Shown here piece after piece: positions 48,300 to 57,946 of a stretch of DNA of 64,000 nt; the first letter of the stretch is position 1, and the number at the start of each line of letters is the position of its first letter. The position numbers and the translations under genes were made by a program. The stretch is from the NCBI GenBank assembly GCA_963705705.1, contig CAVPKK010000007.1:32001-96000 (forward strand), in the 5' to 3' direction. This stretch comes from an uncultured bacterium (GTDB lineage: Bacteria; Babelota; Babeliae; Babelales; JABCYS01). The notes beneath the pieces were generated by a model that was not told the origin of the DNA, did not search any database, and saw only the letters and a program-made list of their open reading frames with translations.

Positions 48300-49358
48300 C
48301 TATTTTTTTGCTGGCTGTTTTACAACAGTGACATGCACCAAAGGTTTTTTAGCAGAATGTATTTGCTTAGGAACTGCACGTTTTGTAACTTTCGCTGCCG
48401 GTGCACCTGCTTTTGCTGGAGTTGAAGCGACAGATGTTTTAGTTGATTTTGTAAATATTCCCTTAGCAGGTTGGTTTGCTGCCGGCGCTGCTTTTGTTGT
48501 GACAGTTATGGGCGTTGGTTTAGTGCCCTGGTTTGCGGCCGTTGGCATTGCTGCTTTCACTAAGGAAGTTGATGGCGTTGATGTATGGCTTGGTTTTGCC
48601 GCCGGCAATGTTACTTTTAACGCGGGCGAAGCTGTTGCCGCTGCTGTAGCTTTAGCAGATGAAACATTATTTTTTTTATCTAAAAGCAACGAGAATGCTT
48701 TTGAAGCAACTGGTTTCTTTGACCGTTCGCCAATAATCAAAACTGATATATCGGCTGGCTTACCTGCAGCAATATCTTTAATAGTTTTTGCAAATTGAGG
48801 TGAATCCCTTACGATCTGTGCATATGCAGCTTTAGTAGGTATTGGGCTGGCCATAATATACTGGCTCTGATTAAAAAAATCAGCAATTACACCATTGTAT
48901 TCATTTGTACCTTTAGCCACACCTGATAAGGTTTTCATTGTTTGTTGTGCTAACGCAGCAATTGCTGCATTCTGCTCAGGCGTTGAATGCGATTCTACCC
49001 CAATATAAGCAAGGTCTGCTTTTGTCGACGGCTGCGTACCTTGCTCAGCTATATTTTTAATCGATTGAATATATTTAGGTATTTGAGATTGAGCTTCCGG
49101 CGTTCCCAGATCGACGGGGGTAACCCCACCATTTAAAAGCATTTGCGCACCAGTAGAAAAATCATACAAAGCTTCAATATGTTCTACCGAACCTTCCTTC
49201 GTTTTAGCTAATTTATTCACAGTTTCTTTTGCGAGCTGAATTATATCGTTGCTTAAAGGAGCCGTGCTTTCCATATCTTGCGATGATTCGTCGCACAATG
49301 CATACGCAAAGATTTGCATTAACACTACAATAATAAACTGTTTGGTCATAGCTCTCAT
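48300..49358 (-). CDS. Secreted protein with a tandem helical duplication and an Ala/Pro/Lys/Thr-rich tail
   Basis: Signal peptide; two roughly 95-aa repeats (LA..T...L.....G..E......DF....Q; IK.IA..G). Confidence 0.7.
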   Translation of the reverse strand: MRAMTKQFIIVVLMQIFAYALCDESSQDMESTAPLSNDIIQLAKETVNKLAKTKEGSVEHIEALYDFSTGAQMLLNGGVTPVDLGTPEAQSQIPKYIQSIKNIAEQGTQPSTKADLAYIGVESHSTPEQNAAIAALAQQTMKTLSGVAKGTNEYNGVIADFFNQSQYIMASPIPTKAAYAQIVRDSPQFAKTIKDIAAGKPADISVLIIGERSKKPVASKAFSLLLDKKNNVSSAKATAAATASPALKVTLPAAKPSHTSTPSTSLVKAAMPTAANQGTKPTPITVTTKAAPAANQPAKGIFTKSTKTSVASTPAKAGAPAAKVTKRAVPKQIHSAKKPLVHVTVVKQPAKK

Positions 49359-49435
49359 ATCATTTTCCCAGAATAGGATTTGCTTAGATTATTTTTTTAT
49401 AACCATACCAAACAGCAGATGCTACATGCAAGCTT

Positions 49436-50674
49436 CTAAATAAATAGTGCTGCAACCATTGCTGATAATAGATTTGATAATGATCCACCAAGCAATGCTA
49501 GCAATGCAAATGAGCTAATCCATTCGCGTTTTGTTGGTACCAAAGCACCGAGGCCACCAATTTGAATGCCAATGCTCGAAAAGTTTGCAAAGCCGCATAG
49601 CGCATAAGTAACGACTGCCACAGTACGCTCATTAAGATGCAGTTTTACCATTTCAGCGTATGCCACAAATTCATTAATAGTTAATTTTGTGCCAAGCAGC
49701 TGGCCTACTGATAATGCCTCTGACCCGGTGAATCCAAGCAAATAGGCAAAAGGTGCGAAGATGTATGAGAAGAGAAAATTTAAATTAAGATACGGCATAC
49801 CAATCCAATAACCGACATAGCCAAACAAAGCATTTACAAATGCGATCAAGGCAATGAAGGCGATTAACATGGCGCCAACATTGAGAGCCAATGATAAGCC
49901 ATCGCTCGTGCCATGCGCGATAGCACCAAACAGATTTGTTGATTCACCTTCTATTTCAACCGCTTTGTTGCCAGCTGTTTTCGGCTCATCAGTTTCCGGC
50001 ATGAGCATTTTTGCAATCAATATCGTTCCTGGCAGTGCCATGAAGCTCGCAGCCAATAAATGCGGTGTTGGCACACCCATAGCAGCATACAATACTAAGA
50101 TCGAACCACTCACATGCGCCATGCCACTGACCATTACAGTTACTAATTCTGATTTGGTCATGTGCGGCAAATAATTTCGTATAACCAACGGCGCTTCCGT
50201 TTGGCCCATGAAACTATTGGCAATGACTGAGAGTGTTTCCGCACCAGATGTTTTAAATAATGGGCGAACTAAAGAACTTGTGCCGCTCACGATAAATTGG
50301 ATGATGCCAAGATGGAAGAGCAGCGCCATGAATGCGCCGAAGAAAATTATGATCGGCAACACACCAAATGCAAACACAAAGCCAACCGACTGATTGAATG
50401 TTGCTAACGAACCAAATACAAACTTAGTTCCTTCAAGTCCAAACTCATATAATTTGCCGATCCCAGCGGATAATGCACCAAAAAATCCTTGGCCGATTGT
50501 TGTTTTCAAAAAGAAGAATGCAAGCACGAATTCGAAAAGAAGACCATTCAAAATGAGGCGATAATTAATATGCTTTCTATCACGCGAGCACAAATAACAA
50601 ATAAGCAAAATCGTTGCGATACCTAATATATTCATGTAACGATTGTGCTCGAGCATATATTCGATGATGTTCAT
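49436..50674 (-). CDS. nupC: NupC/CNT nucleoside:cation symporter
   Basis: FVFG, LPIIIFF, FMGQTEAPL, KLTINEFVAY and LCGFANFSSIGIQIGG motifs. Confidence 0.93.
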   Translation of the reverse strand: MNIIEYMLEHNRYMNILGIATILLICYLCSRDRKHINYRLILNGLLFEFVLAFFFLKTTIGQGFFGALSAGIGKLYEFGLEGTKFVFGSLATFNQSVGFVFAFGVLPIIIFFGAFMALLFHLGIIQFIVSGTSSLVRPLFKTSGAETLSVIANSFMGQTEAPLVIRNYLPHMTKSELVTVMVSGMAHVSGSILVLYAAMGVPTPHLLAASFMALPGTILIAKMLMPETDEPKTAGNKAVEIEGESTNLFGAIAHGTSDGLSLALNVGAMLIAFIALIAFVNALFGYVGYWIGMPYLNLNFLFSYIFAPFAYLLGFTGSEALSVGQLLGTKLTINEFVAYAEMVKLHLNERTVAVVTYALCGFANFSSIGIQIGGLGALVPTKREWISSFALLALLGGSLSNLLSAMVAALFI

Positions 50675-50785
50675 TATTTGAGTGCCTCGCGTATAGATGT
50701 TAAAATTGTTCACGTAGTATAACTTTGTATGCTGATTTGCTCAAAGGATAAATATTAAAATATAATCAGTTTATGCAGTTCCTCG

Positions 50786-50823
50786 CGCGCTTTTATCCTT
50801 CGATAATACTCTGGATGAGCGCG
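50786..50823 (-). repeat. REP-like palindromic repeat, family A
   Basis: cgcgcttttatccttcgataatactctggatgagcgcg, followed by a degenerate half copy. Confidence 0.8.
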
Positions 50824-50932
50824 GTCTAGTCATACTGATTCGATAGGATGAGCTAGCAGTAAATTTGAATAGGCGTCTACAATTTGTATGCAATACTAAA
50901 CTTTCAAAACGTTGATCTAGAACTTGGTAAAT

Positions 50933-50968
50933 CGCGCTCATTCTGAGTTAATCGAAGAATCAGAGCGC
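50933..50968 (+). repeat. REP-like palindromic repeat, family A
   Basis: cgcgctcattctgagttaatcgaagaatcagagcgc, inverted relative to the 50786 copy. Confidence 0.8.
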
Positions 50969-51031
50969 AAACGCAAACTTGGTCAACTTTGGCAAAATAA
51001 TAAATTGTTCCTTAAAAAAAATGATGATGCA

Positions 51032-52069
51032 ATGCCAATAAAAAAACCAAATTCAACATCACCACTTATTATGCTGATTGCCGATGGCATTCATAATTCG
51101 GTATTTGTCAGCCAAGTGTTAGAGCCGCTTATCAAGCGAGCAGGCGACCGTTCAATCATACTCATCAGTTGCGAACGACCAATGCCAATCACGGTTCCCG
51201 CTGAACTCCATGATTTTACTGGCGAACTAGAATTGATACCGCGCCTACCCTATCTCGGCACCATCAGCTTAATTCCAACTGCTATCAAGTTGCGTCATAT
51301 ATTAAAAAATTACCAAGAGTATGAATTGATTGCCCGCGGGCCGATTGCAGGTTGGCTTGCATTGCGTGCTATTGATGAGCAATGCGCATCGTTGATTATT
51401 CAAGCGCGCGGCTTGATGGCAGAAGAGTATAGACTCGCGCGCGCGTCTGATTCAGGCTTGAAAAAATTAATAACAAAAATTCGCACGCATCAATTTTTAC
51501 ATTTAGAACATTCTGTCTACGGCACAAAAAAATCAAACGTCTCAATTGAAGCCGTCAGCGAAGCGATGGGCGAATATCTATGCAAAGAATTTTGCACAAA
51601 TCCAAACCGTATAACAATTGCAGAGATTGATAAGCCGCCGAGCATAGCGGTAGACCAAAAGAAAAAATGGCGTTCTGATGTGCGCGCAGAGCTGAATATT
51701 CCGGCTGATGCTAAGGTATGGTGCTACAATGGATCGGCAAAAGCGTGGCAATGCCCAGAAGAATCAGTTTCATTTTTGGCAAAAAAATTGGCGGAGAATC
51801 AAAAACATTTTGCTTTGATCCTCACGCCTGATCCCGATATATTCGAAGAATTATTCGAACAATTTTTAGTTGATAAACTTCGTTACCGTATTCTTAAAGT
51901 ACCAGCACGCGAAACATTCAAATATCTCGCGTCGGCCGATGCCGGCATTGTTTTCCGCGCAGCCTCACCTGTTAATTGGGTCTCGCGACCAACGAAGGTT
52001 TTGGAATACCGCGCACTTGGTCTGGATGTCATTCACAATAACACAATCGCCTGGCTACGAGACACCTAG
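51032..52069 (+). CDS. GT-B (GT4-like) glycosyltransferase
   Basis: VFVSQV, QARGL..EE, YNGS...WQ, ADAGIVFR and SRPTKVLEYRALG motifs; start placed at MPIKK because the longer ORF begins in a repeat. Confidence 0.8.
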   Translation: MPIKKPNSTSPLIMLIADGIHNSVFVSQVLEPLIKRAGDRSIILISCERPMPITVPAELHDFTGELELIPRLPYLGTISLIPTAIKLRHILKNYQEYELIARGPIAGWLALRAIDEQCASLIIQARGLMAEEYRLARASDSGLKKLITKIRTHQFLHLEHSVYGTKKSNVSIEAVSEAMGEYLCKEFCTNPNRITIAEIDKPPSIAVDQKKKWRSDVRAELNIPADAKVWCYNGSAKAWQCPEESVSFLAKKLAENQKHFALILTPDPDIFEELFEQFLVDKLRYRILKVPARETFKYLASADAGIVFRAASPVNWVSRPTKVLEYRALGLDVIHNNTIAWLRDT

Positions 52070-52476
52070 TCACCCTTAGTCATGAATTCATTATAGTTTT
52101 GCTGTGCATTTTTTAACTGTTTCAACGCAGCTGGTGCTTTATCTGGCATTGCGTACGTACCATTTGCTCTCATCTGAGTAGCCCAACGCGCATTAGCATT
52201 GGCTTTATCGACCTCATTAGCTAATTGTTGTTGCTTAGCCAACCAAGCAGGAGTTTCTTGATGCGGATGATATTGTACCGGTTGATACAATTTCTTCCCC
52301 GTAGGGTGTAAATCCTTAGCAACCCATTTATGCCGTTTTTTCTGAGCTGAACTTACTTGCTGAGGCGCTTTTGGGAGCGACTGTTTTTTCCCTATTAGAC
52401 CCAAAGTGTCGGGATTAGAAGATGCGGCATTTACCGTGCCAAATACCACAAATAATAGAAAATTCTTTTTCATCAT
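52066..52476 (-). CDS. Small secreted protein
   Basis: gggag RBS and signal peptide (VNA-A). Confidence 0.68.
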   Translation of the reverse strand: MMKKNFLLFVVFGTVNAASSNPDTLGLIGKKQSLPKAPQQVSSAQKKRHKWVAKDLHPTGKKLYQPVQYHPHQETPAWLAKQQQLANEVDKANANARWATQMRANGTYAMPDKAPAALKQLKNAQQNYNEFMTKGD

Positions 52477-52500
52477 ATTCTCCCTTGCCGAAAAATAATC

Positions 52501-52782
52501 CTAATAATTTGGGCGCACTGGATGAACAGTACCGTGCTCACCATAACGCTCGCCTAATGGAGGTAATGCACGTGCTTTGGCAGGTATTTGTTTTTTTGAG
52601 CGCGGGCTCCATGTGCTTGGATCGGATCCTGGCATTGGACGATTAATTTGATGTACTGGCGCCCACGTAGTAGATGAACTGCCCGGTGCCGGAGGTATTT
52701 GCTCATATTCTTGCGCTCTTGATTCAGCTGCATAAGCAGAACCTGCTACAAATAGCGCAACCAATAGATAAAATTTCTTCAT
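52501..52782 (-). CDS. Small secreted Pro-rich peptide
   Basis: aggag RBS; MKKFYLLVALFVAGSAYA signal. Confidence 0.68.
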   Translation of the reverse strand: MKKFYLLVALFVAGSAYAAESRAQEYEQIPPAPGSSSTTWAPVHQINRPMPGSDPSTWSPRSKKQIPAKARALPPLGERYGEHGTVHPVRPNY

Positions 52783-52805
52783 TACTTCTCCCTTTTTTTA
52801 TTTAG

Positions 52806-53069
52806 TTAAAAACCTGTACGCGAGTTAGGTTGCATAATTACTGGCACAATACCCTGTTTGCTCGCCTCTTCTTGTTCCATTTTTCTTTCCGCTGCCAATT
52901 GCTTTGCCCATGCTTTCTGCGCGGCGCTTTGTCTTTGGCCGAAGTCCATTTGTTGCCAAGCTTGTTCCGTGCCGCCATCTTTAATGTACATGTCTTTCCA
53001 CCATGACTGATCTTGAGCAGCAATGTTACCAGCTACACATAAAGCAAACATTAGATAAATTTTCTTCAT
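52806..53069 (-). CDS. Small secreted peptide
   Basis: MKKIYLMFALCVAGNIAA signal, similar to its neighbour's; aagga RBS. Confidence 0.68.
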   Translation of the reverse strand: MKKIYLMFALCVAGNIAAQDQSWWKDMYIKDGGTEQAWQQMDFGQRQSAAQKAWAKQLAAERKMEQEEASKQGIVPVIMQPNSRTGF

Positions 53070-53152
53070 TTTTTCCTTTTTAATTAAAACTCTCACGCTT
53101 CTATTCTAAAAAATGTCATACCGAATTTGCAAGAGATTGTTGGCAGGCAAAC

Positions 53153-53178
53153 AAAAAAGGCATGTATTACCATGCCCT
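53153..53178 (-). terminator. Putative terminator downstream of prfA
   Basis: ggcatg-tattac-catgcc stem with an A-run on the + strand (U-run on the minus strand). Confidence 0.55.
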
Positions 53179-53204
53179 AAAAAGAATATTATGATCGCTC
53201 TCTC

Positions 53205-53282
53205 CCCGTTCGTATCTCGCTCATCCTGAGCCTGTCGAAGGACGATACTTTTTGCTACGCAAAACACTCAGGACGAACGGAG
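53205..53282. repeat. Composite family A repeat
   Basis: ccgttcgt...cgctcatcctgagcctgtcgaagga-cgatactttttgctacgcaaaacactcaggacgaacgg. Confidence 0.85.
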
Positions 53283-53334
53283 TCCTTCCAAACCTACAGG
53301 CCTGGCTTAATAAATAAATTTCTGAGTAAAAATA

Positions 53335-54402
53335 TTAAAGACTAGCGGCTTGCCGTTGACGGCGTTCCTCACGCTCCTTGGCGCGAAGTGCATCAATCAC
53401 CTCATCAATATCCCCTTCCATAAATAAATCAAGGGATTTGAGGGTAACGTCAGCCATGTGATCGGTAACGCGATTTTGCGGGAAATTATACGTACGCACC
53501 TTTTCAGCTCGTTCGCCGGTTCCGATCATTTCGCGACGAGTTTTACGTTCTTCAGCTTCACGTTTTTCTTGATCGGCTTGTCGCAGGCGTGAAATAAGCA
53601 TTTTATACGCACGGTCTTTGTTTTTGTGCTGCGAGCGTTCATCCTGGCAGGCAACAGCTACGCCAGTTGGGATATGGGTAATGCGCACAGCAGAGTCGGT
53701 TTTATTAACGTGCTGGCCGCCCGCACCGCCGGCGCGAAACGTATCGATACGTAAATCTTTGGGGTCGATGGAAACTTCTATTGTCTCGGCCTCTGCAATC
53801 GCAGCTACGGTGGCAGTTGAGGTATGGACGCGCCCTTGTGTTTCGGTAGCCGGTACGCGCTGTACCCGATGTACGCCAGATTCAAATTTCAGGTGACCGA
53901 ATACATTTTTGCCCTCAATATACAGCACAACTTCGCGGAACCCTTTCAGCTCAGTCTGGCTGGCGCTGACAATACTCACTTTCCAATTCTTTCTAATTCC
54001 GTAGTTGGTATACATACGAGCCAAGTCGCCAGCAAAGAGTGCGGCTTCCTGGCCGCCGGTTCCGGCACGAATTTCGATGAATATTGAGCGATCATCTAAA
54101 GGATCGGGCGGATAAATGAGCGCTTCCATCTCATATGTATGACGGGCAATGGTTGATTCAAGTTGATGGATTTCTTCATGATATAGCTGTTTAAGCTCCT
54201 CGTCCGAGGTTTGGGCAAGCTGCTCTTTAGCCGTATTGAGCTCAGCCTGCAATCGTTCAATGGTGGCATTTTGCTGCAATAGATTACCCAGGCGCGTATG
54301 CTCGCGCTGGAGGTTAGCCCGCTCTTTGGTATCCAGGTTGGCAGATAAAAGCTGCTGGGAAAGTTCGTTGAAACGGCTATCGATTTCGGACCAATTTATC
54401 AC
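53335..54402 (-). CDS. prfA: Peptide chain release factor 1
   Basis: GTGGQEAALF, ESGVHRVQRVPATE (PxT), GAGGQHVNKTDSAVR and RTYNFPQ motifs; rpmE-prfA synteny. Confidence 0.98.
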   Translation of the reverse strand: MINWSEIDSRFNELSQQLLSANLDTKERANLQREHTRLGNLLQQNATIERLQAELNTAKEQLAQTSDEELKQLYHEEIHQLESTIARHTYEMEALIYPPDPLDDRSIFIEIRAGTGGQEAALFAGDLARMYTNYGIRKNWKVSIVSASQTELKGFREVVLYIEGKNVFGHLKFESGVHRVQRVPATETQGRVHTSTATVAAIAEAETIEVSIDPKDLRIDTFRAGGAGGQHVNKTDSAVRITHIPTGVAVACQDERSQHKNKDRAYKMLISRLRQADQEKREAEERKTRREMIGTGERAEKVRTYNFPQNRVTDHMADVTLKSLDLFMEGDIDEVIDALRAKEREERRQRQAASL

Positions 54403-54412
54403 ATTATTTCCA

Positions 54413-54443
54413 AAACAAAGCCTGCATATCGCAGCAGGCTTTG
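54413..54443 (-). terminator. Putative terminator or hairpin after rpmE
   Basis: caaagcctgc-atatcgca-gcaggctttg with an A-run on the + strand. Confidence 0.55.
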
Positions 54444-54456
54444 CATTTGTTCCGGA

Positions 54457-54480
54457 TCATCCTGAGCCCTGTCGAAGGGA
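54457..54480 (+). repeat. REP-like repeat core, family A
   Basis: tcatcctgagccctgtcgaaggga. Confidence 0.8.
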
Positions 54481-54505
54481 CCAGGCGTATATATTGTTAG
54501 GTTAA

Positions 54506-54769
54506 CTACTTCTTCTTGGCCGGTTTCGCCGCTTCTTTCTTAGCCGCTTTAGGAGCCTCAGCACCTGGCTGGAACTTCTTATAACGAGCTTCGAACTTCT
54601 CAATGCGGCCAGCTACGTCAATGTACTTCTGCGCCCCCGTAAAGAATGGATGGCACTTAGAACAAATCGTTGCTCTAATATCCGGCGCTGTAGAGATGGT
54701 TTGGAATGAGTTTCCGCACGCACAATGGGCAGTAACTTCATGTATTTCCGGGTGTATTTTTTGTTTCAT
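54506..54769 (-). CDS. rpmE: 50S ribosomal protein L31 (Zn-binding type A)
   Basis: MKQKIHP...CACGN...[10 protein letters not shown]...GRIEKF; Ala/Lys tail; gagg RBS. Confidence 0.97.
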   Translation of the reverse strand: MKQKIHPEIHEVTAHCACGNSFQTISTAPDIRATICSKCHPFFTGAQKYIDVAGRIEKFEARYKKFQPGAEAPKAAKKEAAKPAKKK

Positions 54770-54845
54770 GGATACCTCTGCTGTTAGAACGGACACCTTA
54801 CGGTGGTTACGTTCGGTTTAATTCCTAGGATTGGACCGGTGCAAT

Positions 54846-54868
54846 TTATCCTGAGTCTCATCGAAGGA
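54846..54868 (+). repeat. REP-like repeat core, family A
   Basis: ttatcctgagtctcatcgaagga. Confidence 0.75.
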
Positions 54869-55002
54869 TTCGGTTTAAAGGGACCTAAATTATCCAATAA
54901 AACAGCCTTTTTGACAAATGGTGGTAGGAATTGCCAAGGCCCTGATCGCTAATCTTTGGCCAGCAAGAGGTAAGGCAAAAGCCAGGGCTCTCAGTCCACT
55001 GA

Positions 55003-56166
55003 CTACAAAACCTCTATTTCTGCCCGAGTCGCCATTGCTTCCTTAATATGAGTTTCTTTATCTTTTAAATATTTATCAAAAAACTGCAGAATACTGAAAC
55101 TAGCAAGCTCAGTTGCCTTTTCGGCTGCCAGAGAACCTAGGCCAAATTGCAAGAATAGGATTGGGGCAAGAGCAGTATCTTTAAGGAATATACTGTCACA
55201 AAATGACATATGCCCTGCGCCATGAATTACAATTTTATACCAATCCGACGCTTGGTTTGCATGTATTAAATCAATGTCGCGGCTATATTCTGTGTTACTC
55301 ATCTTTGCCCATGCAATACTGTCTTCGGCAAAAACATGCATAAACGGCTTATCAAACTTTTCTAAGGGCTCTATATTTCCCCAAATACCGCCATCCAAAT
55401 TAATTCCGGCTTTTATCTGTGCAATCCGTTTTGTTGCATGCAGCGTTGTTGATCCGCCAGTTGAGTGGCCAAACATCCCAATATGATCTACCTCTAAATG
55501 ACGATAAAAAACCTCATTAGCATCGCCATTCAATGCTATCATGTGCGAAACAACAAATCCCACATCGGCAACAAAAATATCTGCAACCTCCTGCTGTTTT
55601 TGCTTATCGGTTTGGCTCAAGCCTGGCACTTCAACTGCAGCAATAGACCTGCCATCTGGAAAGGTAACCTGTTCTGCAAAATAGGTATGGTCAATACTTA
55701 CTACAATATAACCATGGCTTGCCAAGCTTTCACACAAGGCACTATTGTGCGTGCGCATACAAGCATATCCAGCGCAAAAGAGCACGATAGGAAACCTTCC
55801 TTCTGCTACAGCTGCATTGGGTTGTGCATGTACAAAAATAGTGTCCAGCTGCGCAAGCTGCTCACTCGCAACTGAAGCTTGTTTGGAAATGATTTTATGC
55901 TTCCAATGCTTAATGGCATCTGGGGCATATGAAGTTGTTGGGTGGGCATCTTTATCACCCTGCGCGGGATACCACAATTGCACCATTAATTCTCTATAGG
56001 GATGCAACGGATCGGTGGATAATCTTTCCCTGCGCGATTCATCAACCAAATGCAATGATCTTGTGCCAATGGCGTATTCCCCTGCAGGTTTCGGGAAGGA
56101 TATTGCTTGCATGTTCATATAGATAGCTCCCATCATAACGAAATAGATTCGTTTACCAGTATCCAT
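55003..56166 (-). CDS. Alpha/beta hydrolase, PAF-acetylhydrolase-like
   Basis: RELMVQLWYPA, LASHGYIVVSIDH, GMFGHSTGG, INLDG and GAGHMSFCD motifs. Confidence 0.9.
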   Translation of the reverse strand: MDTGKRIYFVMMGAIYMNMQAISFPKPAGEYAIGTRSLHLVDESRRERLSTDPLHPYRELMVQLWYPAQGDKDAHPTTSYAPDAIKHWKHKIISKQASVASEQLAQLDTIFVHAQPNAAVAEGRFPIVLFCAGYACMRTHNSALCESLASHGYIVVSIDHTYFAEQVTFPDGRSIAAVEVPGLSQTDKQKQQEVADIFVADVGFVVSHMIALNGDANEVFYRHLEVDHIGMFGHSTGGSTTLHATKRIAQIKAGINLDGGIWGNIEPLEKFDKPFMHVFAEDSIAWAKMSNTEYSRDIDLIHANQASDWYKIVIHGAGHMSFCDSIFLKDTALAPILFLQFGLGSLAAEKATELASFSILQFFDKYLKDKETHIKEAMATRAEIEVL

Positions 56167-56374
56167 TGTAATTCCTTTACGTCTTGTATTAAGGAAATTA
56201 ATAATCACTGGTTGCACTATACGCTATTACGTTACGTCAGGGTCAAGTAGGTGCTTTTGCAGTATAATTTGTAACATATGTGTAGGCGCCGTTGGGCGGT
56301 ATAGCAATGGCATCTGGTGACAATCCGACGGTCTGATGGCTATATCAGCTGGATTTAGACTAACCCTATGGTCC

Positions 56375-56401
56375 CAGCAGCCGAATTAATGGAGGCTGCT
56401 G
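56375..56401 (-). terminator. Hairpin downstream of the paralog array
   Basis: cagcagcc...ggctgctg stem. Confidence 0.45.
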
Positions 56402-56460
56402 ATGTTAAAACTAAAATGATTATAAAGAAATATTTTTTGATCCTAATTTCTCATTAAATT

Positions 56461-57444
56461 TTACTTGCCATGAGCAGGTCTTTCAGGCATTGGTAAATGT
56501 TGGAGATTTGGTGCTAGCACAAAGCGGCCTTTGGCTGCTTGTTGTTGGCTTCGCAATTCATTTGCCTTGACTTGCAGTGCATTTTCTCTGATTCGATTTT
56601 TTTGTTGAGCTTTGCGCTGCGAAATCCTGGATGGTTTCGGCTGCGGGAGCTCAGATTGCGGGGGTTGGGAAGATGGTTTCGGTTGCGTGGGCTCGGGAAG
56701 CGAGTGCAGTTCGGGATTAAACGGTGGAGGTGGTGGCATTGGTGTAATTTTTCTAGATGTGGGAGTAATTTTTTTTGCAATAGTTTGTAATTCAGTTGGC
56801 CCCCTTTGGCTCCCTCCTCCTAGATGTATTATGTCACGGATCTGAGAACTTTTTATTTTTCCCCGTTGTTCTGAGGTCAGATTATGAATTGGATTGGCCT
56901 GCAACTCTTCCTCATTTTCTTTTGGCTTGATACCTAATCTTTCAGTAGTCTGGGGAGGCATATTTTTCAATGCCCTTGCTTCTTTTAATTGACGAGCTTT
57001 TTGTCCCCAGGAAGTTAAGGATGTGTTTTCTTTTGGTTGCATCAAACCATGAGGGGACTCCGGAGTAAATGGACTTTCAAGTTCTCGTAATGACAATGGA
57101 GTTCCAACTGAGGATGGACTTGGCGTTGGTGCAGTATGAATTGTTTCGGCAGATTGACGAAGACCTGGTTCAGTTACAGATTTAGTTAAAACCGGTACCC
57201 CTTGGCTTTTTGGTACGCGATGAAATTCCACATGCATTGAGGTATAAGGATTTGCCTGCACATTTCTGCTTGGCCGGCCAATCTCACCGCTTTGTCTTCG
57301 GGGTTGCCCCAATTGTTCTTCTTCATTTTGATGGGAAGCCCTTCGCACAGATAGTCCTTCAGCTGCTGCAGTCTCACCCAAGGCAAACATAGCTTGCGTG
57401 GTGGCGCCCATAATAAACAACAAACCGATATAATTTATCTTCAT
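56461..57444 (-). CDS. A[ML]GE-family secreted Pro-rich protein, array member 9
   Basis: MKINYIGLL...FALGE...NPY...VEFHR...ETIHTAPTPSP; PPPPPF. Confidence 0.78.
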   Translation of the reverse strand: MKINYIGLLFIMGATTQAMFALGETAAAEGLSVRRASHQNEEEQLGQPRRQSGEIGRPSRNVQANPYTSMHVEFHRVPKSQGVPVLTKSVTEPGLRQSAETIHTAPTPSPSSVGTPLSLRELESPFTPESPHGLMQPKENTSLTSWGQKARQLKEARALKNMPPQTTERLGIKPKENEEELQANPIHNLTSEQRGKIKSSQIRDIIHLGGGSQRGPTELQTIAKKITPTSRKITPMPPPPPFNPELHSLPEPTQPKPSSQPPQSELPQPKPSRISQRKAQQKNRIRENALQVKANELRSQQQAAKGRFVLAPNLQHLPMPERPAHGK

Positions 57445-57471
57445 TGCTTTCTTCCTGTGATTTCTGATCCA

Positions 57472-57933
57472 CTACCGCGACGATGCTGGGCTAGGATTTT
57501 TAAGAGTTTCAAGAACTGTGCTTGGTTTTTCTTGGCCAGTTGGCTGAACAGCTAGATTCTGCCTCCGCATTTCTTCACGTTCTTTTAAAGTAATTTCTTT
57601 TGGTCGTTCATATATATTGCCAACAGGTTTGCCTAGTTTTAGGTGAGGAGGAAACTCTGTAGGTTGAATTCGAGACATTGTAGAAGACTTTGCGGGTGGT
57701 AGAATTATATAACGTTTCGCTGGTGCCTGTTGTGGTTGAACAGCCGGTTCTCGATGGAATACAACCTTCTTTGCCGGAATCGGATTTGCTTTTGCTGGTT
57801 TTTGCACAACATAATGTTTCACCGGACGGGGCCTTCGTTGAATTTGTTCCGCTTCAGCCACTTCACCTAAAGCCATTATATTTTGAGCAAACAAGCTCAT
57901 GACTGACAATAATCGGATATATCTTTTCTTCAT
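57472..57933 (-). CDS. A[ML]GE-family secreted protein, array member 8
   Basis: MKKRYIRLL...QNIMALGE...NP...VVFHR. Confidence 0.75.
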   Translation of the reverse strand: MKKRYIRLLSVMSLFAQNIMALGEVAEAEQIQRRPRPVKHYVVQKPAKANPIPAKKVVFHREPAVQPQQAPAKRYIILPPAKSSTMSRIQPTEFPPHLKLGKPVGNIYERPKEITLKEREEMRRQNLAVQPTGQEKPSTVLETLKNPSPASSR

Positions 57934-57946
57934 TGCATTTCCTTTC

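Noticed and set aside
50924..51031. N-terminal extension of the glycosyltransferase
   Set aside because: It begins with TTG and translates a family A repeat (RAHSELIEESER), so it is probably untranslated.
4361..54868. CRISPR array from the repeated 25-37 bp sequences
   Set aside because: The copies are dispersed, in both orientations, with no regular spacers and no cas genes.
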